The translations under genes were made by a program, and so were the position numbers. From positions 1-64,000 of the forward strand of contig JAUCBJ010001166.1 of the NCBI GenBank assembly GCA_032718475.1: a stretch of 64,000 bases of DNA, in the 5' to 3' direction. Below, piece after piece: positions 24,851 through 37,966 of this stretch. The stretch's first letter is position 1. The number at the start of each line of letters is the position of its first letter. This stretch comes from Nemertoderma westbladi. Taxonomy: Eukaryota; Animalia; Xenacoelomorpha. Under the pieces are notes generated by a model. It saw nothing but the letters and a program-made list of their open reading frames with translations, searched no databases and had not been told where the DNA came from.

Positions 24851-27320
24851 TTAAACACGTTCACTGCTGGTGCCCGCCCACAAGTGGGTCCCGCAGCAGG
24901 CTACAAATATTTCCTGGCCCACACCTGTGCCAGTGGTTTATGAAAACCAGCTTAAAAAAAACAAAAATCATGCATTTTAAGCATATTGTCAGGGCTCCAA
25001 ACCAACATATAATTGGAGCTTTGTTATCTAGTCTTGCTTTGGGTGGGTACCTCAGCAAGTGTATTCTATATGCTTGATTTGGGTGGTTACCAAATGTGTG
25101 TACCACAGCAAGAGTAAAATATTTAATAATCTATTTTGTTTTATATCAGAGAATATAATTATATGCCAGCCGAGAATAATTATATAATAGGGCCTAATAA
25201 AACATTGAGAGAAGTTATGTTTTAACTGTACCAGTAACGTCAAATTTGAATTTAAAAAAAATAAATAGTATGTGCGAGTTTGTAAAAATTTCGGCAAACC
25301 ACTGATATGAGCGGCAAAAGCGTGTGCAGGAGATATACAGTTCGTGTGGACAATCCTTGCAGAAGGTTATGACTTTCTTATGGTTCTTTTTTGCTTCCTT
25401 CAGTGAAACACCGGAAGCTCTTTTGTTTAGGTAGAAACTGCTACAGACTCCACGGACAATCCCCGCCTTTCTGTATTTCTTAAATATGCGATGCTGTTGT
25501 TGATGAGTTGATATTGGCTGGAGAAAACTCCTAATGGCAGATGCAGTTGCTCGATGGATATCCTCTTTGTCTGATCCTATGAGCAATCGATTGGCCAGTG
25601 ACTCAGGGAATTCGAGCTGCAAGGGTTTCTGGACTGCAAAGTACTTATATTAAATGACACTGGAATTTACCACAGAGGACCTCTATCACAACCTTCTTGT
25701 ACCAATGCACAGTCTTTCTCAATGTTGTATTATATGAAGTTAGTTGGTCAGAAAGATCTACCCCTTTTTAGCTATGTTATAAGCCAAAACCGACTTTGGC
25801 TTATGAATCGATTATTCTTTATTCTTCCCAATGTCTGCAAACGATGTACCATGATCAGACCTAGTTGTAACCATCTGTACATCCCGACAATCATGCCACT
25901 TCAGCACCCGAACACCTTTATCATTCTCCCTCCTAACAGTTTCTCCTTTCCGAATCTTTGCATTCATCACCTCTTATGGATTCCCCCGCCTCCCCTTCCA
26001 TAAAGTACCATAAATGTATGAGAGCCTCAGCAAGATTTACACTACTGTAGAAGTTATCCATAAAATATGTATGGTGTGATTTAAATAATCCTTCAGCTAG
26101 TTCAATGACAATCGCATGTGCTAGACCTACTTGCCCCTTTCTCTGCTCGTCCTTTCCTGAATAAACAGACATATTCAAGGTAAATCCCTCAGGGGTACAC
26201 AGCTGGAATTCCATTATATCATATTTATGTGATTTGCCAGGTATACACTGCCTGAAGATCAACCTACCACGATATGGAATCATCGACTCATCAATCACAA
26301 TGGCTTCCCCTGGGATGTAGTTACACCTGTAGCACTGAACTATCTGATCTAGGAAGACCATAACTTTCACTAAATGATCTTGACCTAAGAGTACTATTAT
26401 CAGAAAAGTATTAAAAATAAGAATCAATTTCTCGATACACTCTCCCTGATAATTTGATTACCATATATCTTACTGTTTGACCAATAGTGGGCGATTTTGG
26501 GCATAAGAAAGATTCCCATAACCAAAGGACCTCTATTAGAATTTCTACCTCTCTTTTTGTCCTATCACTCCACTTATTAATCCTTGAATTCTTTTAGAGT
26601 GGAACCTTACTTCTGATCTTTTGTCCAGCATAACAATTGCTTTCCTTTAATTAAAATAATATCATAGACTTTGTCAGTTATAAACAACCTCCAAACATCA
26701 TATGGTATAACTGGTCATTTTGGACCTGTAGGAGTCGGCTGTAGTTGAAGACCAGAAGTTGTTATTCCATTGAAGGGGATAGCAGGTCCTAAATCAGTCT
26801 TGTAATGCGAAGATTAATTAGTAGGCCTAATAGGAAGATCTTCCTCTTCTGTAGAGGACTGTTCCATTCCAGAGTGATTCCAGGATGACTCTGTCATGAT
26901 AGAGTCATCACTGGCAAATGACAGCAACAGTGAACTGTCAATCACTATCTGATGACAATTCGAAACTATCATCATTATCTGTTGAAAATCCATGAAAACA
27001 ATCTTCTACATTCAATATCCGGATATTGGAGAGTGTAGTACCGGTATTGAGTAGCCATACTGTAAAATGTGAAGAATGGTGTGTTGTAGGGTAGCGTAAA
27101 TTGAGGCTAGAATAGACCACATAACATTACAGATCTTTTTAGGAAAACTGTGGCAGTATCCACAGCATCAGAGTATATATATCATAATAGAATATAATAA
27201 AACAATAGGATACACTATACTGGGTGGCATTTTCCTGGTGGGTACCAAAGTGGTACCCATAGCAAATAATAATCCATACAGAAGATATTTGCTATGGGTC
27301 CCACCGGTGGGTACCCCCTT
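24851..27320 (-). mobile_element. Degenerate piggyBac (PGBD4-like) transposon
   Basis: IDESMIPYRGRLIFRQCIPGKSHKY and MDNFYSS catalytic motifs (25933-26427); Cys-rich C-terminal domain (25215-25622); acidic N-terminus near 26.9 kb. TTAA-ACACGTTCACTGC terminus at 24851. CCCACnnGTGGG subterminal palindromes at both ends (~24877 and ~27300). Confidence 0.88.
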
Positions 27321-28549
27321 CTCTGAAAATATTGATCCAAAATATTAACCAATCATACAATAATAGCTCAAATTAATTTAATTCAATTGCCAATGCAGTA
27401 ACGGATGTAGTGCACAAAGTTGCTGTAGAACCTATGCTTCAGCCCCTTTCAGGTGAGTCATTCCAACACCAGTCCACTTCTACCAAATCACAGGCCATAC
27501 TTGATATCTCGGTCTGCGGCCTTGTTGTGGAGTCAGTTTGAGAAAGTTTATCTGGACGTATCGCATATCAGTGTTCCATACACTAGCAGCAACAAATGCG
27601 GCAATGACTTTGGAGGCGCCCCACACTGTTCGCACTTTTAAGACTTCGATAATTTTCGCAATCAAACTTTATTATCACAGAAATCGTGCTTAAAGTTGCC
27701 AACTTATTAACATCAAATATAATTCAAACTAGGGCAGTGTATGACCCAAAGGGAATCTGAAATATATCGGCCGACTAAAATAGGCTCTATATGTATCATT
27801 CAATTGATTCTCGCTATGTCAATCGCTAACAACTATGTCAATGTACATACAGTTCCGTTTCAGGTGTTGTCCTCCAGATATCAGACAGGTCTAAGTCTCC
27901 ATAGTACCCATAGCAAATAATAATCCATACAGAAGATATTTGCTATGGGTCCCACCGGTGGGTACCCCCTTCTCTGAAAATATTGATCCAAAATATTAAC
28001 CAATCATACAATAATAGCTCAAATTTATTTAATTCAATTGCCAATGCAGTAACGGATGTAGTGCACAAAGTTGCTGTAGAACCTATGCTTCAGCCCCTTT
28101 CAGGTGAGTCATTCCAACACCAGTCCACTTCTACCAAATCACAGGCCATACTTGATATCTCGGTCTGTGGCCTTGTTGTGGAGTCAGTTTGAGAAAGTTT
28201 ATCTGGACGTATCGCATATCAGTGTTCCATACACTAGCAGCAACAAATGCGGCAATGACTTTGGAGGCGCCCCACACTGTTCGCACTTTTAAGACTTCGA
28301 TAATTTTCGCAATCAAACTTTATTATCACAGAAATCGTGCTTAAAGTTGCCAACTTATTAACATCAAATATAATTCAAACTAGGGCAGTGTATGACCCAA
28401 AGGGAATCTGAAATATATCGGCCGACTAAAATAGGCTCTATATGTATCATTCAATTGATTCTCGCTATGTCAATCGCTAACAACTATGTCAATGTACATA
28501 CAGTTCCGTTTCAGGTGTTGTCCTCCAGATATCAGACAGGTCTAAGTCT
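27253..28549. repeat. Near-perfect tandem duplication (period 651 bp)
   Basis: 27253-27898 is repeated at 27904-28549 with only about 2 visible differences; duplicate ORFs are offset by 651. Confidence 0.95.
27405..27565 (+). mobile_element. CRE-clade retrotransposon RLE fragment (duplicated at 28056-28216)
   Basis: VAVEPMLQPLSGESFQHQSTST..QAILDISVCGL..QFEKVYLDV matches the EPxLQPLxGE...RLDIxxxGxW...FxDV restriction-like endonuclease pattern. Confidence 0.65.
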
Positions 28550-28782
28550 TATGGTAATTACAACAAATTACTAACAAAAATCATAGTTTGCACACCCTTT
28601 ACAGGCATGGTATATTAAAATAGGCTGATAAGAAATGGTGCATGAATTGCTGACTTGAGACAATTTTGTTCATAAATAAGGAGTTTGTAGGCTCACATAA
28701 GTTGGGGCTATAAAATAACATGTATGCTCATACAAACCAATTGATGTGAACCGGAATCGCTAATTAACCCCCCAATGCTTAC

Positions 28783-29215
28783 CTCTTATGATACAAATAA
28801 CAATCACTTAATGTGCAATAGTTAATAATTCTGCGATATATCCATTTATCATAACAAATATTTAAGTTAATCAGCAAATATTACATACAAATAAAGCATT
28901 AATCAGTCAATGCAGTCTGCAAGAAGCATAGTGCAGACAGCAAGTATAAATCAACACCGCGTATATCAACTCCGTGCAATCAGCGCCATTAACTAACTAT
29001 GATTCTATGCATTTGGCCAAGATGTTAACTAGGCAAAAACCATCTTGCTTCTATCAGCAAAAACCGAACAATGAACTTCCGGCCTAGCTAAATCTAAGAA
29101 ATCATGACGTCATAGCCAGTTGCTTATCAACCTCCAATTGAAGGATGCCATGCGTCATTGGTTATGCTCCAACCAATCCCAGCTGAGCAAGGAAAATGAA
29201 AATAGATTCTATTGG
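28783..29215 (-). promoter_or_regulatory. Candidate promoter and non-coding first exon of the neuropeptide gene
   Basis: Strong minus-strand donor GAG|GTAAGC at 28783/28782. Perfect CRE ATGACGTCAT at 29104-29113 and CRE-like TGCGTCA at 29151. CCAAT/ATTGG boxes at 29134, 29157, 29173, 29211. The link to the gene is inferred. Confidence 0.4.
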
Positions 29216-29989
29216 CTGTTTTATTCTGATGTGTACTGGAATCGAACACATCAGGGCATGTGGATCTGACATTTTTTAGAGTTCTGGGAGTAGGACTAGC
29301 TTATCACTAATAAATTGTGCATTTTAGGCCGCAGAACTTTTTACACACACCACGACGCACTGGAATGGTTAATGGGAATGGCCCCATCAATGCATCAGTT
29401 TGTAAAGCGGTTGACGTACTAGCTGCCTGACTTTCGTGAAATCAGTTATTCTGATTTGATATCCTGATTATGTAGACAGATAAGTTTCGCTGTCCTTTGG
29501 TCCAACCTGATGTGTCTGTTGGGAGCTCGCTCAGCTTCCAAGCGCCTGTTCACCATGCAGTAGCTGATACATCGATTCAGCTGGCAAACGCCGAGACAGA
29601 TACAGGGTTGTGGTATAGGTTGGATATGACTGGCGGGTTGTATTATCTGTAGCACTTTAAGGACAGCAACTCCTGTACCGGTCACAAATTTAGACTTTGA
29701 ATAAATTTATTAATTGTGTTATTGCCTATCTCCAACCTTATGTGGCGTGGTGATCTAAACAAGATTTAATTTGGTGATTTTAATTACATTGGTAATTATT
29801 AATAAAATGCGGATAAAAAACTAATTGACACTAATAATAGTAATATTTATTACAAGCATAAATGTGCTAAAAAAAAATAGGTATGTACTTTAGCACCCTA
29901 AAGGTGCTGGAGGAAGCACTAGTGGAGCTGTTTCTGCCCGCTGTCATTGGTGGTGAAATATCCCCAGCAGAGCACAGTTTATTTGTGCT

Positions 29990-30962
29990 CTCCCCCCGCA
30001 ATGCAGTATTAGGTCTGAGGAACCTGTAACAGAGGCTTCCTTTTCATACTCGGTATCGCGGGCAGGAATGAGGTCTCTAACTGAGTCAATCCTGGGAGAT
30101 CGTGTGTTCTCCCTAACAGAACACCTTGGCTGCATACAGCCGGGGCGGAAAGTGGGATGGGAGCAGCAGCTGGGAAAGGAGAAGGACAGTTTCGATGCAG
30201 TGCTGGAGGATCTGTCGCCAGATCGATGACGGGTAGTAAATCGCACTGCTGATTTCCACATGAGCGGTTGGATATCCTCCCTCCCTCTGGCCAACCACCA
30301 GCTCGATCTTTCCCCACTGGAGTTCAGAGACGCACTCGCGATCCGCTATGGCCGCCCCTTGGCGTTGGTGCCAAGCCGGTGCGATGGATGCGGGGCCACC
30401 TTTGATTTAAATCATGGTTTAAATTGTTAAAAAGATGGCCTCGTTTTCCAGTGACACAACGAACTTCGGGACGTTGTTGGCGACCTCGCCGCTCGTGCCT
30501 CTGGGCAGCTTAACGTTGTCTGCGAGCCTGTAGTCCGGGAGGGCCAGGGGGTAGATGGGGCTGCATTCGGGGTGCATTAAACCCACAGACTCAGGCGTTG
30601 TTAGATATTAGGGTTGTAAACCTTGACGCCGAGTCATATGTGGGTCACTCCCCGATGTCTGTACTTGAGTCAGCCGAAGACGAGAAAAAGCGCCTCTATG
30701 TGGATGCTATCTCTCTCTGCTCAGCATGGGGATTTTTCTCCATTCGTGGCTTCCTGTGATGGAGTCCTAGCCCCACAGGTGAACCACCTCTTCCGAGTGG
30801 TTGCAGACTGACTACACAGGTCATAGGGGCATCCCTTTAGCGTGACGAAGGGCTGGGTCCGAACCATCATTCAGTTCGTGATAATCCGCGGGGCCTCCCA
30901 CTGCCTTCGTGGCTCGAGGTTAAAGTGGAGCAGCAGCCAGGCCTTTGAGGATGGTGCAGGTG
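29990..30962 (+). mobile_element. CRE-clade non-LTR retrotransposon 3' fragment (zinc knuckle + RLE), pseudogenised
   Basis: SGWISSLPL..HQLDLSPLEFRDALAIRYG...CDGCG..F..NHGLNC..G...HNELRD, LDIRVVN.DA.SY, EDEKKRLY, FSPFVASCDG, CLRGSR, with in-frame stops. Confidence 0.85.
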
Positions 30963-31942
30963 ATCAGAGGGGGGGAGTGGGGGTGTGGTTATCGCATTGA
31001 GATGCGCCATATATCTAGGGGAGGGGGGTGACCGTTCACACCCACCTCCGGGGGGGAGACAACCCCCCCCCCCCCCCCACCCCCCAGAGATGGATACATT
31101 GCAATTAATGTATGGTATGTAGACTATAAAAGCTACGAATACTAGCCCGTGTTTCAGATCGAGCTCACCTAATGTTGAAAGCCCACTGTAGGATAGTCAC
31201 TCTATTTTGGTGAGATCCAGTCGTGTTAAAATATCAGAGAGGTGTATCATCAGAACAGATTAAGGGTATATTAATGAGATCGATGGTGGATCATTGCGCA
31301 CATATAATAAATAATACATTGTTCGTATCGCAATCTACAACGTATAACAATTAACTCAGTGAGTAAATAACGTTCCAATTTATTATTTTTTCTATGGTAT
31401 AACAATCTTAAAATATCCGGCGAAATAAAATTTGTCTCCTTATAAACAAAGCCTATATTACTTACTATCAATAGCAATCTAATCTAGTTTTACCCCAATA
31501 ATAGCGGTATCAATTTGGCAATTTTGTCTTGTAATGTGCTCAAGCTGCAGTTTTAGTGGTTTGAATACGTGCAGAAATAAGAATCACAAATCGGAAATCA
31601 GAGATTTTAAAAATAGATTTGTGTAGTCTATATATCATTATTATAAGGGCCCACCTGCATTCAACTGCTTTGGTACACAAACAGCTGAATCAATTGCAAA
31701 GTGTAGTTCAAGTAGTTCATTCTAATAAACGGCCTTGTAAATTACTTTGGGTATTATTTATATATTGTTTACATAGCTCTTGTTTTATTTAGTGAAGGTA
31801 TAAATAGACACAATCAATCATGCTAATGATATATTTCGCGCTAACCAATATCATTACTGGCATTGAACAGCTAGCCTGACTAATACACGGCAACATTAAT
31901 TATGAAACAGCACAATATTTTAATTTTAAACAGCAGAAAAAT

Positions 31943-32650
31943 AAACTAGAAGCCATCACATACATAATTAAAGGTATAATAATATAAAAAGTACAGTCCG
32001 TCTTGTTAACCACACCCCCTAAAAAGCCAACCCATTTTTAAGATAAAATCCAAAAACCGTATTTTTAGCGATATTTGTGCAGAATTTAATGGCCAATCGG
32101 AATATGTGTGTCATGACTTCTCAGCATGTTTAATTTAGAATATATGACGATTTTACTATGGCATGTTACCATAAAAATAAAATTATTAGTGTTGCGAAAA
32201 AATGTGCTTCCCGATAAACAAACAGACGATGTTGCCGAACATCAAAACTGACAACGGAAATGAAATCAGCGACCCCAAAAATCCCCATATTGAAAATTTT
32301 AGCTACATTGTGTGTTTTTTTTTATGTTGACTGGCATTCGAACAGACAGAAAGACAGACCGACAGACGGCCAGATTAATAAATAGATAGACAAAATTAAT
32401 CCAAAAATCAAAACTGAAATCGGAAATAAAATCACCGACCAGGAATTCCCCCATAGCAAAACTTTTAGATATTTCGTGTGATTTATTATATTTTGACGGG
32501 CAAACCAGCAGGCAGGCAGATATTCCGACAGACAGCTAGACAGACAGACTAGATTTGACCAAACTTGAAAACTGACATCAGAATTGAAATCAGCAACTAT
32601 GAAAACCCCCGTAGTGAAAATTCCATCTATCTTCTTCCTTAAAACAAAAA
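31943..32650 (+). mobile_element. Probable Helitron/Helentron-like non-autonomous element
   Basis: ACTAG start, (CAGA)n microsatellite patches, and three diverged ~160-bp subunits beginning AAATCAGCGACCCC-like. Confidence 0.35.
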
Positions 32651-33949
32651 CATTCATATATGACTATAAAATAATTCATATTGGCTGTTACATAGAGACT
32701 GACCAATTTGCGCGGGAAGAATATTATTTCACATCTTTCCCTTCACTCAAAACCTATCTACTCCTTCATTTTTTTAATCAATTCGTTTGAAATTTTCAGT
32801 GAATGTTCTTGACATATTAAACAATAAAACGTGCTGACAGAATTTTGAAATTTTGCCGATAATATGAAGAAATATCGGCCAAAAATAAAACGCATTTTAT
32901 TTTTTAATTAACATTAGTCTTCTGATCAAAATTTAAAACTTGTTTACAAGTTTTATTGGCCAATATAATTTATATTAATTTAATTTAATTTTATATTATA
33001 ATTAGGGTTAGAGACAGGGTTACATAACAGTTAGGGTTTGGGCCTGACCAACTAACTCTAACCAAAAATAAACCTATAAATCCAAGTAAAACTGTCGAAT
33101 TAGCTACAGTTGTGTGTTACAGTTGTGTCATTATGGGGGGGGGGGGGGGGGGGGTGGGGGGCATTACACGCAAGGCAATTCGATTGTCTGGGGGCTAATT
33201 TTAGGGGGGCTGATTTGCCTGGGACACCGTCTTGCTGTGTAATTGCATTATGGATAGGATTATCTGGGAAAGTAAAAAGTAATGTACAATCATCATGTGG
33301 AAACAACCAACAACATACAGATCACACAACAATAGGAGTTGAGAATTGTATTCTGCCATCAATATTAATCTTTACATAGTTCATTAATTGTTATACAGGA
33401 AACGGTGGTTCATTTCCTTTCTAAACGATTTGGGGTTAGGGATGATGTGCACTTGCAGGCCGCTGCCTGGTTCCATCAACAAGCCAGAATAATCACCATT
33501 CGGTTTCAGGAAGAAAAACAATATAATGATTTTGTGTTTTTCTTGCCTACACTAACCGAATAGTGTAGAATGATTCAAATATGTTCCTAGCTGCCAGTGT
33601 TCCTTATAAATTTCTTATTAAATTAACTTAAGCTAATATATCATGTTCAAAGTTCATACAGTAACAATATTTTTGAGGGACATATTTAATTTGAATTAAT
33701 ATAAGGGATTACCACTAATTTTCAGTTAATAATTTCAATAATAGCCCGCTCGCTGCACGTTATGGAGATTTCTCATTTCATGGCCTTGTATCATGGCAAA
33801 TACTTTAGTTGGGCGAATAATCGCCACATTTGCGGAAAGTGTATCGCTGTTTGAATTATTTGAGTTATTCTTGTTCTGCAGGGTTCCACCAATAGTGCTG
33901 TATTCAATCAGGTCAAGGCAGGTTTTCTGGGTTATTGATCCGGAAAACT

Positions 33950-34290
33950 TGCCGCCTCCATGCAGCCACAACGGGGGTTTGTGGCTGCATAGACCCTCTT
34001 ACTAAGGGTATAATTTGGCCTTGTTAATATGACCCCCCTTCGTGCTGGGGGAATCCCTTGGTACTGGGTTAAGGCCCAAACCCAGGGTGGCCAGATTGCG
34101 AAGGGGAGAGGGATTCTCAGGTTGGAGGCTAATCCTAAATAGTATATTTAAATGCAGACCATGCCTTGCATATTTGAACCATTTTCGCAGGTCTTCGAAA
34201 CCAAGATCCTAGGCAGCATGAAGTATTATACATGAGCATTAAGGCCACCAATTTGAAGATAGTGACAGTCAATGACCTGATGGGGAATAC
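33950..34290 (+). mobile_element. Structured 5' UTR-like segment of an RTE-type LINE
   Basis: GC-rich hairpins and pseudoknot-compatible pairings. CAGATTGCGAAGGGGAGAGG...CAGGTTGGAGGCTA...ATATTTAAATGCAG resembles RTE 5' leaders as recalled, and is followed by LKIVTVN (APE-start-like). Confidence 0.45.
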
Positions 34291-37200
34291 ATGTTTACAG
34301 TCAGGATGTTGGTCTTTGTAGCATTTGCTAATAATACACAATAGGCCTACAGACATTGGATATTTTAAACAACCAGATAGTTTAAGAAACATCCAATTTT
34401 TCTCACATTAAAGTCAGATTATCAGGAAAGTTAAAGTGCCAAATCAAATGCCTACTGGGTGTTTTCCTCTGCTTCCACAAAACAGATATTAATCAAACAA
34501 CAGTCAAAAATTGCCAGAAATTTGATACAAATTTCAAAAATGCATTGTTAAAGAAAAATTGCCGAAAATCTTAGAATAATATTACAACATTTTCGCAATT
34601 TTGCAAATTATATGATAGAAAATTATAAAATACAAGACCTATCACATCAATACTACCCATGAATGAATCATTTGGGTGTAATGTATCCATCCATTCGTCT
34701 TGCTCTTCAACTAGTATAGTGAGTGATAATATACTCTCATCTTATGTTTATACTCCTATTCAAAACCTATTCATAGAAACATGTGCGATGTGCACAAAAC
34801 AAAAAACGCGAATCGGGAATATACTATAGTTAATTAATTGAAACATTTCGATTTGAAACATTTTTTCGATACAAAAAACCATAATCGTACAGTAAAATAC
34901 AAAAATACATAGGCGGATCTGTTTGGAATTAATTTGAGTCAAATATAATTTTATATTAATATACAGTAATTGTTAATAATGTATAATATTAAGAGGTGTC
35001 CTTTTCCGCAATGTGAATTAAATACATGATGATCTGTTGTAGAAGATTCTATGTAAATGGGCTTCTGTTTTTAATATTAAAACAGTTTTAAACTAAACAA
35101 AAACTTTAACACCTATTACTGAACTGGATGACAGCCTATCAACATTTTTCATTTAAAGTTTATGATAGCTTGTCATGCAGTACTGAATGGGATTTAACGC
35201 CTGTTTTTATAAAGTGATAAATACCTCAGTAACTTAATTGAATAACACTAAGCTATACCATTAACTAATTACAATGGTGTCTTTCTTGGACTTGGAGGCA
35301 TGTCAATGTCATGTCACCACCTTATGAGAGTGTAATGTATAAATTTAGTTAATATTTGTCAAAAACTAACTATTATGATCAGATCAATATGTGCGGCCTG
35401 AAGAAATGAAATATTTGTCGGTACTGGCTAGAATTACAATAATACCATCCATTCATCCATCCATGATTCTCAGAATTACACGCCTCAGTTTCAGACGGTG
35501 TTGTGTACCAGTTTAGTGTCACACCATCATTCCTACACAATCGAGTGTGGATGGAATCTCTACTGAAGAAACGGCTCTGAGGATGGCATGATTGCCTTCT
35601 CTAAGTCGCGCATACATTCTCGGTATCTATATGAGGGCAAATAGCCTAAACCTAATCCATTAGCCTCGGTGCCACTTCACAAATATGGGGAATGCAGCTA
35701 CGGGTGTGCATCCAAGCTTCGGATGGCTGCTATTGAGAAATTGACCCGATTTGACTGATTTGAGAGTTACATGTGAGGCTGTTCCAGAGCATTTCTTTCT
35801 CTGTTGATATGGAAGAGTGAAGCTAATTTTTGATATGATATTTATGTTCATTTGAATACTTGTCAGAGTCTTATGTTTTAATACGAAATTGTGTAATTTA
35901 CAACAGGAAATAAGGTATGTATGTATATTATGCTGGTCTAATTAAACATGTCAGTTTTTAAACAGGAAGCTGCATTTCCAAAAAAATAACTATTTAAATG
36001 AGTCCTTAGATCTGAGTTAATCTTGTAACATACTGTATAGTGTATATATTGGTTGTTCTAATTCAACAAGTCAAAAATTATTAACAGGAAGTTGTCCATT
36101 CTAAAGAAATAAACAATTCAAATTAGTATGTAGATCTGTGCTCAATCTCGCAAACAATGAAACCAATCCGAATAGCAATCAGATTCATTTCAAGAATTGA
36201 TTGTGCTTAGACTAAGTAGTTTGTATAATGCACGTGTATCCCCTTCCAGGCTTCATCTATTTCCAATCAATGCATATGGATTAGAAAAAAAACAATTAAT
36301 CTGACATGTATTACACAGTAAATAAATTGTTACATACAATACAGCCGGACCAACTACTGAGATGCTACGATAAAATATATGATAATGAAACGTCAAGTAT
36401 ACAATAACTGTATTCAGTAACTCACTCCACACTCAACTGCTAAGGTTCCAGTAGCAGGATTTATGTTTCAGAGACCGGGATATCTCCATAGAACTGTCCG
36501 ATGACAGTTGATGTGATTTAAGATGTTGTTTTCAGAGCTACTACTACTATAGTTATTATGGTACTACAATAGACAATTTGTTAATTGTAAGTAATGTTTG
36601 TTAAGTAATGTGACATTTGAATGTTACGACCTTATACTAGTACCTGTTCCAGAACGCATATGAAGTATGTTGTTTTAATATGCCATTACTGGCTAGACCC
36701 TTCCCTACTGAAATAATTAATAGTACTCTTTTCTAGCTAAAAGTAATGAATAATTATTTCTATAGTAGAGATATTTCTCACATTACCAATCTCAAAACCT
36801 TTTTAAAATATCGTTTCACATAACATACATTATAATTATAGATTGCAAACAGTGGGTCTGAGAAATTTATATGTTAGAAAAAGAGTGATTTAAGAATTTT
36901 AAATGTACATGATGATGTCGTGGAGATTGACAATAAATGAGAATTGCATATCAGGGTATTTAGGGTGCTAGTGCTAGAAGCCATGTCATGGTGTTGGTGT
37001 AGTGTGAAGATGAAGTGCCAGGGGTGGCGAAAGAGGTTGTCTTGATGTGAGTTGAGTTGGAGCAGCCTTCTGGCAAACAGGGAGGTTTTCGTCATTGAAT
37101 TACCTGATATAAAACTTTCACTGACTTGCAGGATGATAGAGTTCGCAGCATAGTGTAAAAGAGGAAGTCTGTATAAGTCCACCTGTGGGATGCCCGTTCC

Positions 37201-37966
37201 CAAGGCGACCTTTACTAACAGGCCTTCCATCCCAGAAAACTGCATAATTAGCGTACGCCTAAAATTCTGCAGCACCGGCATCGGTTATTAGTAAAGCAGT
37301 AAAGGTCGCCTTGCCCGGTCCCACAGGAGTTCACATAATTTCTTAATAGACTCTACAGTCCACACTTCAGAAGAGTCCACTACTATATCTGCCTGCATAC
37401 TACTCGATTATTAAATTGCTCACTTTTTTTATTTCTAAACATTTAAATTTTTTGTTATCTAATATCAGCAACCAATGTGATGTGCAGTGCGTAACACTAA
37501 AATTAATTACTTTAATAACTTTACTAAACTATTCCCACACGAATGATAAAATAATGCATGCACAACACAATACTATATGAAATGATAGAAACAAACTTGA
37601 GATTATAAATAATATAGTATTTAATTATGTTGTTAATTTAAAATAATTGAATTATGTTAAATTCCAGACACCAGTTTAAACAAACAAACTATATACGTGC
37701 CACAAAAAGAAAATATATACAACTATTAAAATGGGCCTACAATATTTATTATTGTGTAATCAAAAGGAAAAAAATTTGACAAAAAATAATTTCAATACGT
37801 ACTTTATTTAATATTAATATGTTTTGATTTTTTATGTTTAATAGTGGAAGCTGATCAGTCATTAACACATTATGTACTATATTTCAGTACGGAATTGCTG
37901 TCTTGCTCTGTACTGGTACCGATTAGGCCTATTATTTCTGTATTTGTACTTCAAAAGTCTGTAGTA

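Noticed and set aside
33003-33040. Telomeric TTAGGG repeats
   Set aside because: Only two or three scattered copies within a MITE-like segment, not an array.
35395-35600. Hammerhead ribozyme (CTGAAGA/CTGAGGA motifs)
   Set aside because: No correctly placed GAAA after a stem II and no closing stems found.
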